From an uncultured virus (IMG/VR IMGVR_UViG_3300025391_000491) (Duplodnaviria > Heunggongvirae > Uroviricota > Caudoviricetes), in the IMG/VR virus record IMGVR_UViG_3300025391_000491: a stretch of 61,771 bases of DNA. One strand, 5' to 3'. Of this stretch, positions 27,873 through 38,013 are shown one piece after another. The first letter of the stretch is position 1; each line of letters opens with the position of its first letter. A program made the translations under genes and the position numbers. The notes under the pieces are model-generated. The model had not been told where the DNA came from, made no database searches, and saw nothing but the letters and a program-made list of their open reading frames with translations.

Positions 27873-28622
27873 ATGAAAACTCAAACACAGAATCTTGCGT
27901 GGTTGCCGGATAAAAAATATTATGAGTATGCCTATCATAAGTTTTTTAATCCTGAAGTCAGCTATGCCGATTGGACGCCCTGGAACGAGTGGAATTATCC
28001 TGATAGAGATCTATTGAGATTTGATCATATCATAGGACAGCAAATTGCTCACATACATAACAAGCGTGTGTTGGATGTGGCCTGCCATTTGGGATATTTG
28101 AGTTTGTTTTGTTTGCACAACGGTGCCGCGCAGGTGACTGGTACAAACATAAGAGACAGAGAACTGTCGATTGCAAGAGAAATAGTCCAGTTGGCCGGTT
28201 ATACCAATTGTGAATTCGTAAACTCAAATATCTACAACATTGAAGAATTTTACAAATTGTGCGATGCACATGATACCATATTACTAAGTGGTATATTATA
28301 TCATGTAAACAATCATTACCAACTGTTGAAAACCATAGCAGACTCATCAGCACAGACCTTGATATTAGAATCCAGTATCGAGCATGCGATCGATATTGCA
28401 GAGTATCCAATCGTCAACTGGCGCATGGAAAATACTGACAGTCCAACTTCTGGTTTTGAAGACACCCAATCAACTACCTTTGTTGGAATACCAAATCACA
28501 AATGGATTGAACAGAGTTTGAAACAGCTTGGTTTCAAACTGACTTACAATGAAATAATTGAATTCAATACTCCAGTTGGCAGGCGTACCAAACGATGTAT
28601 CTTGGTTGGTCAAAAAATTTAA
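27873..28622 (+). CDS. class I SAM-dependent methyltransferase
   Basis: RVLDVACHLG and GILYHV motifs. Confidence 0.8.
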   Translation: MKTQTQNLAWLPDKKYYEYAYHKFFNPEVSYADWTPWNEWNYPDRDLLRFDHIIGQQIAHIHNKRVLDVACHLGYLSLFCLHNGAAQVTGTNIRDRELSIAREIVQLAGYTNCEFVNSNIYNIEEFYKLCDAHDTILLSGILYHVNNHYQLLKTIADSSAQTLILESSIEHAIDIAEYPIVNWRMENTDSPTSGFEDTQSTTFVGIPNHKWIEQSLKQLGFKLTYNEIIEFNTPVGRRTKRCILVGQKI

Positions 28623-28649
28623 CTTATACGAAAGTGAGCATGTGACATA

Positions 28650-28720
28650 ACAAAAGTAGAGGAAAAACAACAATTGATCGAAACACTAAAATTTACTACA
28701 CTTACAAAATATCAATGTGG
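28650..28720 (+). pseudogene. decayed gene remnant
   Basis: Reads TKVEEKQQLIETLKFT then shifts frame to KISMW. No start codon or complete ORF. Confidence 0.35.
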
Positions 28721-28756
28721 GCGTGGTAGCAACACCTTAACCGATAGGAGAATCAA

Positions 28757-28951
28757 ATGGCATCAACGTTAACAAAATTGACCAAGGTAAATGAATCAAT
28801 TACCCTCAATCGCTATGACAACGGCTTCATGGTCGAAATCGGCGGCCGAGACAAGAAAGAAGATTGGAAAACTGCCAAGATCATGTGTAGCACCGAAGAA
28901 GAAATGATCGCTGTGATCCGAGAGTGGAATTCAATGGACGTGGACAATTAA
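28757..28951 (+). CDS. hypothetical protein
   Basis: AGGAG RBS, 64 aa. Confidence 0.7.
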   Translation: MASTLTKLTKVNESITLNRYDNGFMVEIGGRDKKEDWKTAKIMCSTEEEMIAVIREWNSMDVDN

Positions 28952-28953
28952 TC

Positions 28954-29463
28954 ATGGCCACATGGACTATCAAAACCTATCATAAAAAAAACTGCCAAGA
29001 AGTTGAACACTGGAGTCAAGACAACGGAGATGGTCGGATCACAGTCACCAACGGTTATCGTTACGGTGAGTGGACTGTGGAAACCACTGATGACAATCCT
29101 CCAGAATTCGAATTTACAGAAGTACCCGGCGGCAATGGCAAACGAGACAGCATCGACATGTACAACTGCCAAGGCTCCAACATAGAAAGCGTAGATCTTG
29201 TCGAAATGTTCGACGGTGGATGTTGGTATGACGTGGAAATCGAAGGGCTGGATGACGAGGCCGAAGAAGAAATCCAGGAATTCCTTGATGAAAACAGTAC
29301 CTGGGATCTCGAAGATCGCGAACAAGATCCTTGGCACCATAGCGACACTGAATGCTGGGTCTGGGGCCCGATCGAGATCTCTAACACAGTGTCTGGTGAA
29401 CGTGTACGCATTATTTGTGCTGATGCGGATGGCAACGTGGTAGATTTCAAAGAGGAAGATTGA
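28954..29463 (+). CDS. acidic hypothetical protein
   Basis: Asp/Glu-rich ORF in the operon. Confidence 0.65.
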   Translation: MATWTIKTYHKKNCQEVEHWSQDNGDGRITVTNGYRYGEWTVETTDDNPPEFEFTEVPGGNGKRDSIDMYNCQGSNIESVDLVEMFDGGCWYDVEIEGLDDEAEEEIQEFLDENSTWDLEDREQDPWHHSDTECWVWGPIEISNTVSGERVRIICADADGNVVDFKEED

Positions 29464-29464
29464 T

Positions 29465-30112
29465 TTGGTTAAAAAAAATGCATTTTGGACCTGGTTTGAA
29501 CAAGAAGCCGAGCCCAACCTGGCGCATCGAGCCAGCACATTTAGGCAGATGTTTGAATATCTGGATCAGCAATCGGGTCCGATTTGTATTATAGAAACCG
29601 GGTGTGCCAGAGCAGCCGGTAATTGGGCCGGTGATGGACAAAGCACTGTGTTGTTTGATAGATACGTGACCGAACGTGGTACAGACAGCCAAGTGATCAC
29701 TGTGGACCTGAGCGAACAATCGGTAGTGGCCTGTAGGCTTTTGGTAGGTGATCAAACCACAGTGGCACAGGCCGACAGCGTGCGTTATCTGGACCACCTG
29801 GTGCGTACTGCCGATGGCCTCCACCCCAATTTGGTCTATCTTGACAGCTACGATCTAGATTGGGATTACTGGTTCCCCAGTGCTGCACACTGTCTCAAGG
29901 AATTCTCGGCCATACATCCTTTGCTCAAACCCAACACACTGACAGTGACAGACGACAGTCCTGCAGTCACGCACATCATGGAATCCGGAGAACGCACAAT
30001 AATATCCGGCGCCAAGCCAGCCGGCAAAGGTCGCTTGTTGGCCGAGTATGCACAACAGGTTGGTATTGAACCCTTGTTTGCACAGTATCAAATAGGATGG
30101 ATCGGACTTTGA
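29465..30112 (+). CDS. class I SAM-dependent methyltransferase
   Basis: IIETGC, TVDL, DSV, VYLDS motifs. Confidence 0.7.
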   Translation: MVKKNAFWTWFEQEAEPNLAHRASTFRQMFEYLDQQSGPICIIETGCARAAGNWAGDGQSTVLFDRYVTERGTDSQVITVDLSEQSVVACRLLVGDQTTVAQADSVRYLDHLVRTADGLHPNLVYLDSYDLDWDYWFPSAAHCLKEFSAIHPLLKPNTLTVTDDSPAVTHIMESGERTIISGAKPAGKGRLLAEYAQQVGIEPLFAQYQIGWIGL

Positions 30113-30651
30113 ACCAGTGCTCGGTCTGCAACTGTGACTACACCGATGATGAAGGTGGCATAGACGGCCACTTTGGCATGTTGCCAGTGAGTTTCTGCCC
30201 TACCTGCTTCAGTTGCATGTGCGACATGGCCGGCCAGTTTATGGATCAAGAACATCCTGAACACGATGAACTGATCGAACATCTCAAAGGTGTACGCTAC
30301 ATTGTGATAAATGGAAATTATGGAGGGTTTGGTCTCAGCCGAGCCGCCGAACTGGCCTATCTAGATCGCACCGGAACAGTTTACACATTAGTAGATCGTG
30401 AAGATCGTGCTTCAACCATTCAACAAGGGCAACGTATCATGATCAACGGACGATATTGGAGCAGTCAAGCTATTGAAGCTATTGAACGCGATGATCCGGT
30501 ACTAGTCAGCGTGGTGCGTGAAATGGGACCAGCGGCCAATGGCGAACATGCAGATTTGGCCATAGTACAAATTCCGGCCAACATTGAGTGGCAGATACAA
30601 GAATACGATGGTCGCGAATGGGTGGCTGAAAAACATCGCATCTGGAAATAA
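30097..30651 (+). CDS. hypothetical protein with Cys-rich N-terminus
   Basis: CxxC pairs, then VIN..YGGFGLS..EYDGREWV. Confidence 0.6.
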   Translation: MDRTLNQCSVCNCDYTDDEGGIDGHFGMLPVSFCPTCFSCMCDMAGQFMDQEHPEHDELIEHLKGVRYIVINGNYGGFGLSRAAELAYLDRTGTVYTLVDREDRASTIQQGQRIMINGRYWSSQAIEAIERDDPVLVSVVREMGPAANGEHADLAIVQIPANIEWQIQEYDGREWVAEKHRIWK

Positions 30652-30669
30652 AAAAAGGTTAAATACACC

Positions 30670-32202
30670 ATGATATTTGGATCTGTTATTCTCGCCACCG
30701 CATTGTTGCTCAGTACTGTGGCTGCTTACTACTCAATCATGGGACTCACGGCCATATTTGCTGCGGCCGTGCTACCGGTCATGATCATGGGTGCCATCCT
30801 GGAACTGGGCAAGGTCGTGACCACAGTATGGTTGCACAACAACTGGTCTAGAGCCAGTTGGGTATTCAAGACCTACATGATTCCGGCTGTGTTCTTTTTG
30901 ATGCTGTTGACCAGCATGGGCATTTTTGGACTACTGTCAAAAGCTCATTCGGATCAAAGCCTAGTATCAGGTGACGTCGCAGCCAAGATTGCCATATACG
31001 ATGAAAAAATTCAAACTGAAAAGGACAACATAGATGCAGATCGCAAGGCTCTCAAGCAAATGGATGAGGCTGTGGACCAAGTTATGGCACGCTCAACTTC
31101 GGAAGAAGGGGCAAGTAGATCCGGTGCAATTCGCCGAGGCCAGCAGAAAGAACGTGCTCGCCTCGCTCAGGACATTACAGCGAGTCAGCAGAGGATCGCC
31201 TCTCTCAACGAGGAGCGGGCACCTATTGCCGCAGAAGTTAGGAAAGTGGAAGCGGAGGTCGGACCGATAAAGTATATAGCGGCCCTGCTGTACGGTGATA
31301 ATCCTGACAGCAATGTGCTGGAACGTGCAGTGCGCTGGGTGATCATTTTGATCGTGTTGGTTTTTGATCCCTTGGCCCTGTGCCTGATCTTGGCCGCCAA
31401 CAAGCAGTTTGAATGGGCTCGACAAGGCACAGGAGGATTCGTCCACGACACATCCGCCTATCCACCCAACGATGGACCCCTCACAGACAAACAGATCGAA
31501 CAGCTACGACAACACAGCAAACAACAACAGCCCACTGGCCCGGTCCGAGCCAAACAAACCCTATTTCAAGATTTTGAAGCAGTTCGAGAACCCAACAGCG
31601 ACTGGATACAGACTGGTCCAGTCTTTGAGTACCATGATGACCATCCCGAATATGAATGGGATGATACACTCGATACCGATGTGGGTGAAAAGCCAACAGA
31701 GGAAGAAAAAGCCGCATACGAACAGTTTGTAGAGACCCGGAACGCTGGCAAATATCCAGAATCAGATTTACCAGAACCAGTGCAGGCTGAAGTGGCCTCG
31801 GCCGGTGGCGAGTACGTGGAAGTCAACGGCAAACGGATGCACCACAAGGCCTTTGACCCGGCCAGTATCGATGCTGGCCATGCAGTGGAACGACAGCGTG
31901 CAGCCCGCCTACAAGCTGACAACGAGCCCGTCACACAGGCCACACAGGCCGGGTTTGGTACAGACTTTCCGTCTGATCCCAGCAAAGGTGATACCTTTGT
32001 GCGAGTAGATCGATTGCCCAGTACTTTGTACAAGTACAACGGTCGTGAATGGATCAACGTGGACAAAGAAACCAGCAACAGCTACCTTTACCAAGACAAC
32101 TACCTGGACTATCTGATAGCTCGTATCGATTCGGGCGAGTATGATCCTGAACTTTTGAGCGACACCGAGCGTGAAGCCATAGCAAGACGACTAGATATCT
32201 GA
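30670..32202 (+). CDS. multi-TM coiled-coil membrane protein
   Basis: Three N-terminal hydrophobic helices, a coiled coil, then a VFDPLA helix. Confidence 0.7.
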   Translation: MIFGSVILATALLLSTVAAYYSIMGLTAIFAAAVLPVMIMGAILELGKVVTTVWLHNNWSRASWVFKTYMIPAVFFLMLLTSMGIFGLLSKAHSDQSLVSGDVAAKIAIYDEKIQTEKDNIDADRKALKQMDEAVDQVMARSTSEEGASRSGAIRRGQQKERARLAQDITASQQRIASLNEERAPIAAEVRKVEAEVGPIKYIAALLYGDNPDSNVLERAVRWVIILIVLVFDPLALCLILAANKQFEWARQGTGGFVHDTSAYPPNDGPLTDKQIEQLRQHSKQQQPTGPVRAKQTLFQDFEAVREPNSDWIQTGPVFEYHDDHPEYEWDDTLDTDVGEKPTEEEKAAYEQFVETRNAGKYPESDLPEPVQAEVASAGGEYVEVNGKRMHHKAFDPASIDAGHAVERQRAARLQADNEPVTQATQAGFGTDFPSDPSKGDTFVRVDRLPSTLYKYNGREWINVDKETSNSYLYQDNYLDYLIARIDSGEYDPELLSDTEREAIARRLDI

Positions 32203-32206
32203 CTGT

Positions 32207-33403
32207 ATGGCCACACCAGACAAGTGCAGCTTCTGCATCAAGCACAAGGATCAGGTGGTAAAACTGATCGTGGTTGATGATGCAGCCATCTGCAACGAAT
32301 GTGTGGACCTGTGCAGTGGACTGCTGACTGATCCCAAGAAAAACACACGCAAGCGTGATCGCAAATTTCGTATACCGGACCCAAAAGAGCTGTATGAATA
32401 CCTGGATCAGTTCGTGATTGGTCAAGAAACAGCCAAGCGTGCCTTGAGCGTGGCCATCGTGAACCATTACAAAAGAATCAGTTATGACGGTCTAGACCTG
32501 GAACTGCAAAAAAACAACATCATGCTGTTGGGTCCGACCGGGGTAGGCAAGACCCTTATGGCCCGAGTGGTGGCCAAGTATCTCAACGTGCCGTTCGTGA
32601 TTGCCGACGCCACAACCTTGACCGAAGCCGGTTACGTGGGTGATGATGTAGATGTGTTGATCAGTCGACTGTATGTTGCTGCGGACGGTGATGTTGATCA
32701 ATGTCAACGTGGTATCGTGTTCCTGGATGAAGTAGACAAGATAGCACGCAAAAGCGAAAGCAACACCGTCAGCAAAGATGTATCAGGCGAAGGCGTACAA
32801 CAGGCCCTGCTCAAACTGATAGAAGGCACTCGATGCCGCATCAATCCAGCAGGGAATCGGCGCAATCAGTCCAGTGATTCGGTTGAGATAGACACTCGAA
32901 ATATCCTGTTTGTGGCCAGCGGGGCTTTTGTTGGTCTGTCGGAAATAATAAAAAAACGCACAGCTGGCACCACTATGGGGTTTGGCGCCAACACTGCCAT
33001 AGTCTCAACCGATCTTGCACCCATGCCCGACGATCTGGTACGCTACGGACTCATACCTGAATTTGTTGGAAGGTTTTCTGGCACTGTGGTCCTGCAAGAG
33101 CTCGATCTCGATCAACTGCGAGCCATATTGATCACTATAAAAAACAATCTGGTAGATCAGTATCGTTGGTTGTTCCAGCAGGACGGAGTAGATCTGGTAT
33201 TTGATTCAGACAGTCTGGCACTCATTGCCGGTCGCGCACTCAAGTCCGGCACCGGCGCACGTGGTCTACAGGCCGAAATCGAACGTGTGTTGTTGCCACA
33301 CATGTACGATCTGCCACGCTACAGTCGCAACAACATACTTCACGTGGTCATCAACAAAGATCTGGTAAATACTCCCATGACTCTGTTACAGGAAAACACA
33401 TGA
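32207..33403 (+). CDS. clpX: ClpX AAA+ unfoldase
   Basis: CSFC..ICNEC Zn domain, [34 protein letters not shown] loop, TGARGL. Confidence 0.95.
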   Translation: MATPDKCSFCIKHKDQVVKLIVVDDAAICNECVDLCSGLLTDPKKNTRKRDRKFRIPDPKELYEYLDQFVIGQETAKRALSVAIVNHYKRISYDGLDLELQKNNIMLLGPTGVGKTLMARVVAKYLNVPFVIADATTLTEAGYVGDDVDVLISRLYVAADGDVDQCQRGIVFLDEVDKIARKSESNTVSKDVSGEGVQQALLKLIEGTRCRINPAGNRRNQSSDSVEIDTRNILFVASGAFVGLSEIIKKRTAGTTMGFGANTAIVSTDLAPMPDDLVRYGLIPEFVGRFSGTVVLQELDLDQLRAILITIKNNLVDQYRWLFQQDGVDLVFDSDSLALIAGRALKSGTGARGLQAEIERVLLPHMYDLPRYSRNNILHVVINKDLVNTPMTLLQENT

Positions 33404-33621
33404 AATTATATGGTCGATCAGTCTTGGTCAAGGACGACAATGTAGAAAAGGCCTTGCGCAAGTTCAAGAAAAAGATAGCCGATAGCGGTCTCTTGAACGA
33501 ACTGCGCGACCGCGAAACCTATACCAAACCAACCACTGCCCGTAAAAAGAAAAAAGCCGCAGCGCAAAATCGGTGGCGCAAGCAGTTGCAGGCACAACAA
33601 CTTCCAAAAAAATTATACTGA
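33400..33621 (+). CDS. rpsU: ribosomal protein bS21
   Basis: [30 protein letters not shown]. Confidence 0.9.
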   Translation: MKLYGRSVLVKDDNVEKALRKFKKKIADSGLLNELRDRETYTKPTTARKKKKAAAQNRWRKQLQAQQLPKKLY

Positions 33622-33624
33622 TCC

Positions 33625-34620
33625 ATGGCCTATTGCAGGATAGTCAATCCCGGAGTGCTACGCTACAGTTGTAGCCAATATTCTCGACAGGCACTACAAC
33701 ACAGCTCGGCACTGGTTCTGTCAGATCTGTCTAAAAATTCATTGACTGTGCATGATTTGACCAGCAATCTGTTGCTGATAGATTTCCTGGCCGAAGGACA
33801 TGACCCCGACGTGATCGACCCCTTGATCAAGTATCTCAGCACCATGATCGACGTTGCCCAGATACGGGTGTTGTTCAATGCCGCGGTCGACACCGACTCA
33901 TTGCCCTACCGCGCCAGGTCATTTGTGACCCATTTTGCCAGTTGGGATGGAAGATTTGTCAATGACGGAGATCAAGCCAATGTGGTATTGGAACAAAAAT
34001 TCCTGTGTCCGGTACGCAGGCCAAGTCTGGGACGGGCCTTGTTTGTCAGTCAATTGTTGTCCGCAGTGCCCAATGTGCGTGCCAGTTTTGGCAGCGGTTT
34101 TCCTACACACAGCCGCGATTTTCAAAAACATTTCCCCGATCATGTGTTGCCCATACTGTTCGATGGCGATGCTCAACAATACCAACACAATTTGGCGTCG
34201 GACCTGTTCCGCACCTGCCTGTTCAACATCGTGGTCGAAACCAGCAATCAGATCGATACTGAAGGATGGACCAGCATTTTTATAACAGAAAAAACATTCA
34301 AGGCGTTTGATCTGTATCAGATACCTGTATGGTTCGCGGTTCCAGGTCTGGTCAATCAGGTGCGTCGGCTGGGATTTGATCTGTTTGATGATCTGGTTGA
34401 TCACAGCTATGATTCTGAACCGGATCCCAAAATTCGATCCAGTCGGGTGATAGCTCAGATACAACAGCTGGACGCTGATCACAGTCTAGCAGATTGTCAA
34501 CAGTTGCGCACACAAGTATGGCCACGGCTGTTGGCCAACCGAGACCGGCTGGACCAACTGACTGCTCAATACAATCACACCCAGGATCAGTTGATAGCCG
34601 AATTGATTGACACGCAGTGA
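33625..34620 (+). CDS. glycosyltransferase-like hypothetical protein
   Basis: FNIVVET..FITEKTFK..GFDLF..DHSYD motif shared with 36662-37975. Confidence 0.5.
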   Translation: MAYCRIVNPGVLRYSCSQYSRQALQHSSALVLSDLSKNSLTVHDLTSNLLLIDFLAEGHDPDVIDPLIKYLSTMIDVAQIRVLFNAAVDTDSLPYRARSFVTHFASWDGRFVNDGDQANVVLEQKFLCPVRRPSLGRALFVSQLLSAVPNVRASFGSGFPTHSRDFQKHFPDHVLPILFDGDAQQYQHNLASDLFRTCLFNIVVETSNQIDTEGWTSIFITEKTFKAFDLYQIPVWFAVPGLVNQVRRLGFDLFDDLVDHSYDSEPDPKIRSSRVIAQIQQLDADHSLADCQQLRTQVWPRLLANRDRLDQLTAQYNHTQDQLIAELIDTQ

Positions 34621-34641
34621 AAAAACTGTTATAAATAAACA

Positions 34642-34700
34642 TGTAGATGCCGATGGTCGGGTCTACACAGTCATCTTGCTTAATAAAGGAGAAAAATATG
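34642..34700 (+). promoter_or_regulatory. ROSE-like RNA thermometer in the hsp20 leader
   Basis: 5' hairpin 34642-34667, then UCUUGCU-loop-AGGAGA with a bulged G pairing to the SD. Confidence 0.7.
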
Positions 34701-35129
34701 ACAAACACTTTAACCTTACGGTCTCTTGACCTTCCTTCGATACACAAATTTGGTATCGGATTTGATTCCATGTTTGATGAACTCAATCGAATACAGAATC
34801 AACAAACCAACTATCCGCCGTACAATATAGTGAAAATTTCAGAAGACAACTTCCTGATTGAAATCGCTGTGGCCGGATTTGCTCGAGATGAAATCGATAT
34901 CCAGTTGGAAAATCGTGTGTTGACTGTGCGAGGAACCAAGACAGCATCAGCACATGACTATCTACACAAAGGTATCAGTGATCGTGATTTCGTAAGAAAT
35001 TTCACCTTGGCCGAGCATGTGGAAGTGAATCATGCAGTGCAAAAAGATGGCATCTTGACTATCAATCTGGAACGTATCATTCCAGAGGAAAAGAAGCCAA
35101 AGACCATTGCTATCACTTACTCAAAGTAG
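34698..35129 (+). CDS. small heat shock protein (IbpA/Hsp20)
   Basis: GFD, NYPPYNI, IAVAGF, YLHKGI, DGILTINL. Confidence 0.93.
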   Translation: MTNTLTLRSLDLPSIHKFGIGFDSMFDELNRIQNQQTNYPPYNIVKISEDNFLIEIAVAGFARDEIDIQLENRVLTVRGTKTASAHDYLHKGISDRDFVRNFTLAEHVEVNHAVQKDGILTINLERIIPEEKKPKTIAITYSK

Positions 35130-35145
35130 TAAACTAGTGTAAATA

Positions 35146-35168
35146 CAGTGGGCGAGTCTCGCCCACTG
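35146..35168 (+). promoter_or_regulatory. perfect hairpin at the start of the clpS leader
   Basis: cagtgggcga-gtc-tcgcccactg directly after TAAATA (35140). Confidence 0.5.
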
Positions 35169-35196
35169 CTATACAACCAAGGTAAAAGGAACCAGC

Positions 35197-35505
35197 ATGT
35201 CACAATCAGACGCCATAACAAAAATAAAAATCAATCACGAGTTGGCAGAACCACCCATGTTCAAGGTCATATACCTCAATGATAGCCTGACCACCATGGA
35301 GTTCGTGATTGAAACCTTGATGAGTTTTTTTAATTATACCACCGAAACTGCTGTCAAGATCACCGAAGATATACATACTCTAGGTGCAGCCACTGTGGCA
35401 GTGTTGCCATATGAAATAGCCGAGCAAAAGGGTATCGAAGTCACAGTACATGCTCGCACACAAAATTTCCCGCTACAGATCAAGCTAGAACCCGAAGTGC
35501 CATAA
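35197..35505 (+). CDS. clpS: ClpS N-degron adaptor
   Basis: PPMFKVIYLNDSLTTMEFV, IH..G.A, YEIAEQK, FPLQIKLE. Confidence 0.92.
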   Translation: MSQSDAITKIKINHELAEPPMFKVIYLNDSLTTMEFVIETLMSFFNYTTETAVKITEDIHTLGAATVAVLPYEIAEQKGIEVTVHARTQNFPLQIKLEPEVP

Positions 35506-35544
35506 AACTAGTACAGCATAACACCCGGGCGGACAACTCTCAAT

Positions 35545-36333
35545 CTAGAACTTTATTTCAATGCGTTTGGGATGGTACACCGACTGTTTCCATTCGGTGT
35601 TGCCACGTCCGCGACAGTTGTTCACATAACGGACTCCTTGGCTGATACGATCCACTGATTTGTGATAGTGCCCAAAGCACCAGGTGTCAATCTTGTGTTC
35701 GGTATCGCGAGTGAGCACAGTGCTCATGAGACTGTTGCCCATGGTGTTGAACCTGTACTCACCACGCAGGTCCAGATCGTGTTCGATAAGCCAGCTGGCT
35801 GGCACAGTATGAGTGACCAACACAATGCGTCGCACTTCTTGATGTGTTTGCAATCTTTTGACACTGTTGATCAGATACATGGCATCCTGGTATGCCCTGA
35901 GTTCGATTTCGTTACTGACCGGTGCAGGAAAACCATAGCGATCCTGCGTCCAGACTCGGGTTTCTTCAAGATCTATGTCGGCATCAAAATCGTAACTCCA
36001 CCAACCGTTGGCAGCCAAGATGGCCACACCATTGATTATGACCACATCGCTGTGCAAATAAACCACACCGGGTATGGATTTCAGGGTTTGTTCTACAGCT
36101 TGATAACTGCCGTTGAGGTCATCCAGTTGATGTCTATGTTCGTCGTTGCCATCTATATAAAACACAGCCTGGTAGCAACAAGCCAGGTGCCCGAGTGCAT
36201 CTTCCATGGCTGCTGGATCTCGGCCAACATCGCCGGCTACCACACAATAGGGACTGGTGGCTTGCCCGGTCCAGTCAAACTGCGGCCAGGTATCAACGTG
36301 TAGATCAGAAATTAAATCAAAGGCAAATGTCAT
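35545..36333 (-). CDS. calcineurin-like metallophosphoesterase
   Basis: SDLH, AGD, GNDEH, THTVP, FGHYH. Confidence 0.85.
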   Translation of the reverse strand: MTFAFDLISDLHVDTWPQFDWTGQATSPYCVVAGDVGRDPAAMEDALGHLACCYQAVFYIDGNDEHRHQLDDLNGSYQAVEQTLKSIPGVVYLHSDVVIINGVAILAANGWWSYDFDADIDLEETRVWTQDRYGFPAPVSNEIELRAYQDAMYLINSVKRLQTHQEVRRIVLVTHTVPASWLIEHDLDLRGEYRFNTMGNSLMSTVLTRDTEHKIDTWCFGHYHKSVDRISQGVRYVNNCRGRGNTEWKQSVYHPKRIEIKF

Positions 36334-36357
36334 GATACATATTTAAAAGGAAATGCA

Positions 36358-36714
36358 ATGAACATAATATTTGGAACCGACCTAGTCGAAGGCATAGCGC
36401 AAAAACACACCCTGTTGGAATTGGATACCATACGTGTGATATCCACCGGCCAACTGAGCACAGCCTATTGTGTGGTAGAGAAGATACCAGTCGACGAGCT
36501 GACACGATTGGAAGAAATGAAAAATCTTCACGATGCCATGTTACAGGATTACAAGACCCGTGCCTGGAACGAGTGTGAAAAGAAGTTGCAACAACTCATG
36601 CACGCCTGGGGTACCGAGCTGGACAGTTTCTATGAGATCATGTTGGCCCGTGTCACGGAATTCAAGATCCAGGATCCAGGTCCATCATGGACAGCGGTCG
36701 TTGATCGAGACTAA
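36358..36714 (+). CDS. protein resembling the C-terminal tail of class III adenylate cyclases
   Basis: LELDTIRV..YKTRAWNEC..FYEIMLARV..PGPSWTAV. Confidence 0.45.
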   Translation: MNIIFGTDLVEGIAQKHTLLELDTIRVISTGQLSTAYCVVEKIPVDELTRLEEMKNLHDAMLQDYKTRAWNECEKKLQQLMHAWGTELDSFYEIMLARVTEFKIQDPGPSWTAVVDRD

Positions 36715-37975
36715 GGCATATCTTGTCAGGATCTTGGGTTTGTGCAGACATTATTTTTTTTATACGATTGATATCTGCAATGTTAGGAAGGAGAATGCTA
36801 GTTTCATCAATCAACGCCTGCAGTTTGATAGGATCAGCTGTCTGATCATTCCAAAAATTTAAAAATCCCTGATAATCTTTAGATTGTGATACTTGTTGTA
36901 TAGCAGTGTCTAGATTGGTTTTGAGTTCGGTTACTACCTGATCAAAAAATTCTGTGCTAAAAAAATGTTTGCGATTATGATCAGCTATGATCTGAGCTTG
37001 TGCAACACGTTCTTGGCGTATTTTAGGATCCCAGTTTTCTATATCTCGCATAAGACTGGTAATCTGTTTCAGTCTTGAATCAGAATCGGTTTCAAGGTCG
37101 TACTGCTCGGGCCAGATCTCGTCAAAAGTCCTAAATCCATAGTCGCGTAAATATTCCAGACTTCCATAAGTACCGGCCAATATGAATGGTTTGCCTAAAG
37201 CAATGGGTCGTAATATTTTTTCTGTCAGGTGCAAGCGCCCGTCGTCAAACAAGGTTTCCAATACCACTTCGATGTCGAACGTATTATAATCGTCAAGATC
37301 AAAGTCTGCGCTACTGTTACTGTCGGCGTCGGTTGGATGGAAATATTTTTCAAGATTGTGAATTGGTTTCCATTTTGGGTTATCAAATTGATGTTGTTGA
37401 AAGTGTGCTTGACAACCAGGATCTACAGGATTGAACCAAGTACGACAACTATTAACCAAATCGTGGTCTATCAGGTAATCCAAAAATTTCAACCGGTATT
37501 CTCTGGTGCCGCCCCAAGATCTGTTGTACGCTAGAAATGTTTTTTGTGGGCAAGGATGTAGTACTACGTGCCGAGCATACCTAAACCAGTCTAGGGCAAT
37601 AACAGCATGACTCCACCAATAACTTGGTACATAATTATCTTGTGTATATTGTTCTAGATTTGTGCTTCTTTTTTCGCTATGCAACAACACCGACTGTTGA
37701 CGCATACTAGGGTATTTAAAATGCTTAAATTTTCCAAATAATGAGTCATATCTCACCATATTTTTATAAAAATCATAAGCGAGAGGTTCCTGATCGTGAC
37801 AGTATATGTGTGGATGCATCACCTCAAGGTAAAAGTCTATAAGCCTTGTTGTAGTCAAATCTAGTAGATTTTTTGACCCGTGCGGGTAAAAACGATAAAT
37901 TATAACACGATCTTTGAAAATGGATTGTGCAGTATCTTCAATGTACTGATACAGGCGATCTAATGGTATACTCAT
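36662..37975 (-). CDS. glycosyltransferase-like hypothetical protein
   Basis: EVVLET..LTEKILRPI..KPFI..LRDYGFRTF..YD motif. Confidence 0.5.
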   Translation of the reverse strand: MSIPLDRLYQYIEDTAQSIFKDRVIIYRFYPHGSKNLLDLTTTRLIDFYLEVMHPHIYCHDQEPLAYDFYKNMVRYDSLFGKFKHFKYPSMRQQSVLLHSEKRSTNLEQYTQDNYVPSYWWSHAVIALDWFRYARHVVLHPCPQKTFLAYNRSWGGTREYRLKFLDYLIDHDLVNSCRTWFNPVDPGCQAHFQQHQFDNPKWKPIHNLEKYFHPTDADSNSSADFDLDDYNTFDIEVVLETLFDDGRLHLTEKILRPIALGKPFILAGTYGSLEYLRDYGFRTFDEIWPEQYDLETDSDSRLKQITSLMRDIENWDPKIRQERVAQAQIIADHNRKHFFSTEFFDQVVTELKTNLDTAIQQVSQSKDYQGFLNFWNDQTADPIKLQALIDETSILLPNIADINRIKKIMSAQTQDPDKICLSLDQRPLSMMDLDPGS

Positions 37976-38013
37976 GACTGGTATTTACAACAGATTTTAA
38001 CTACATAAAAAAA

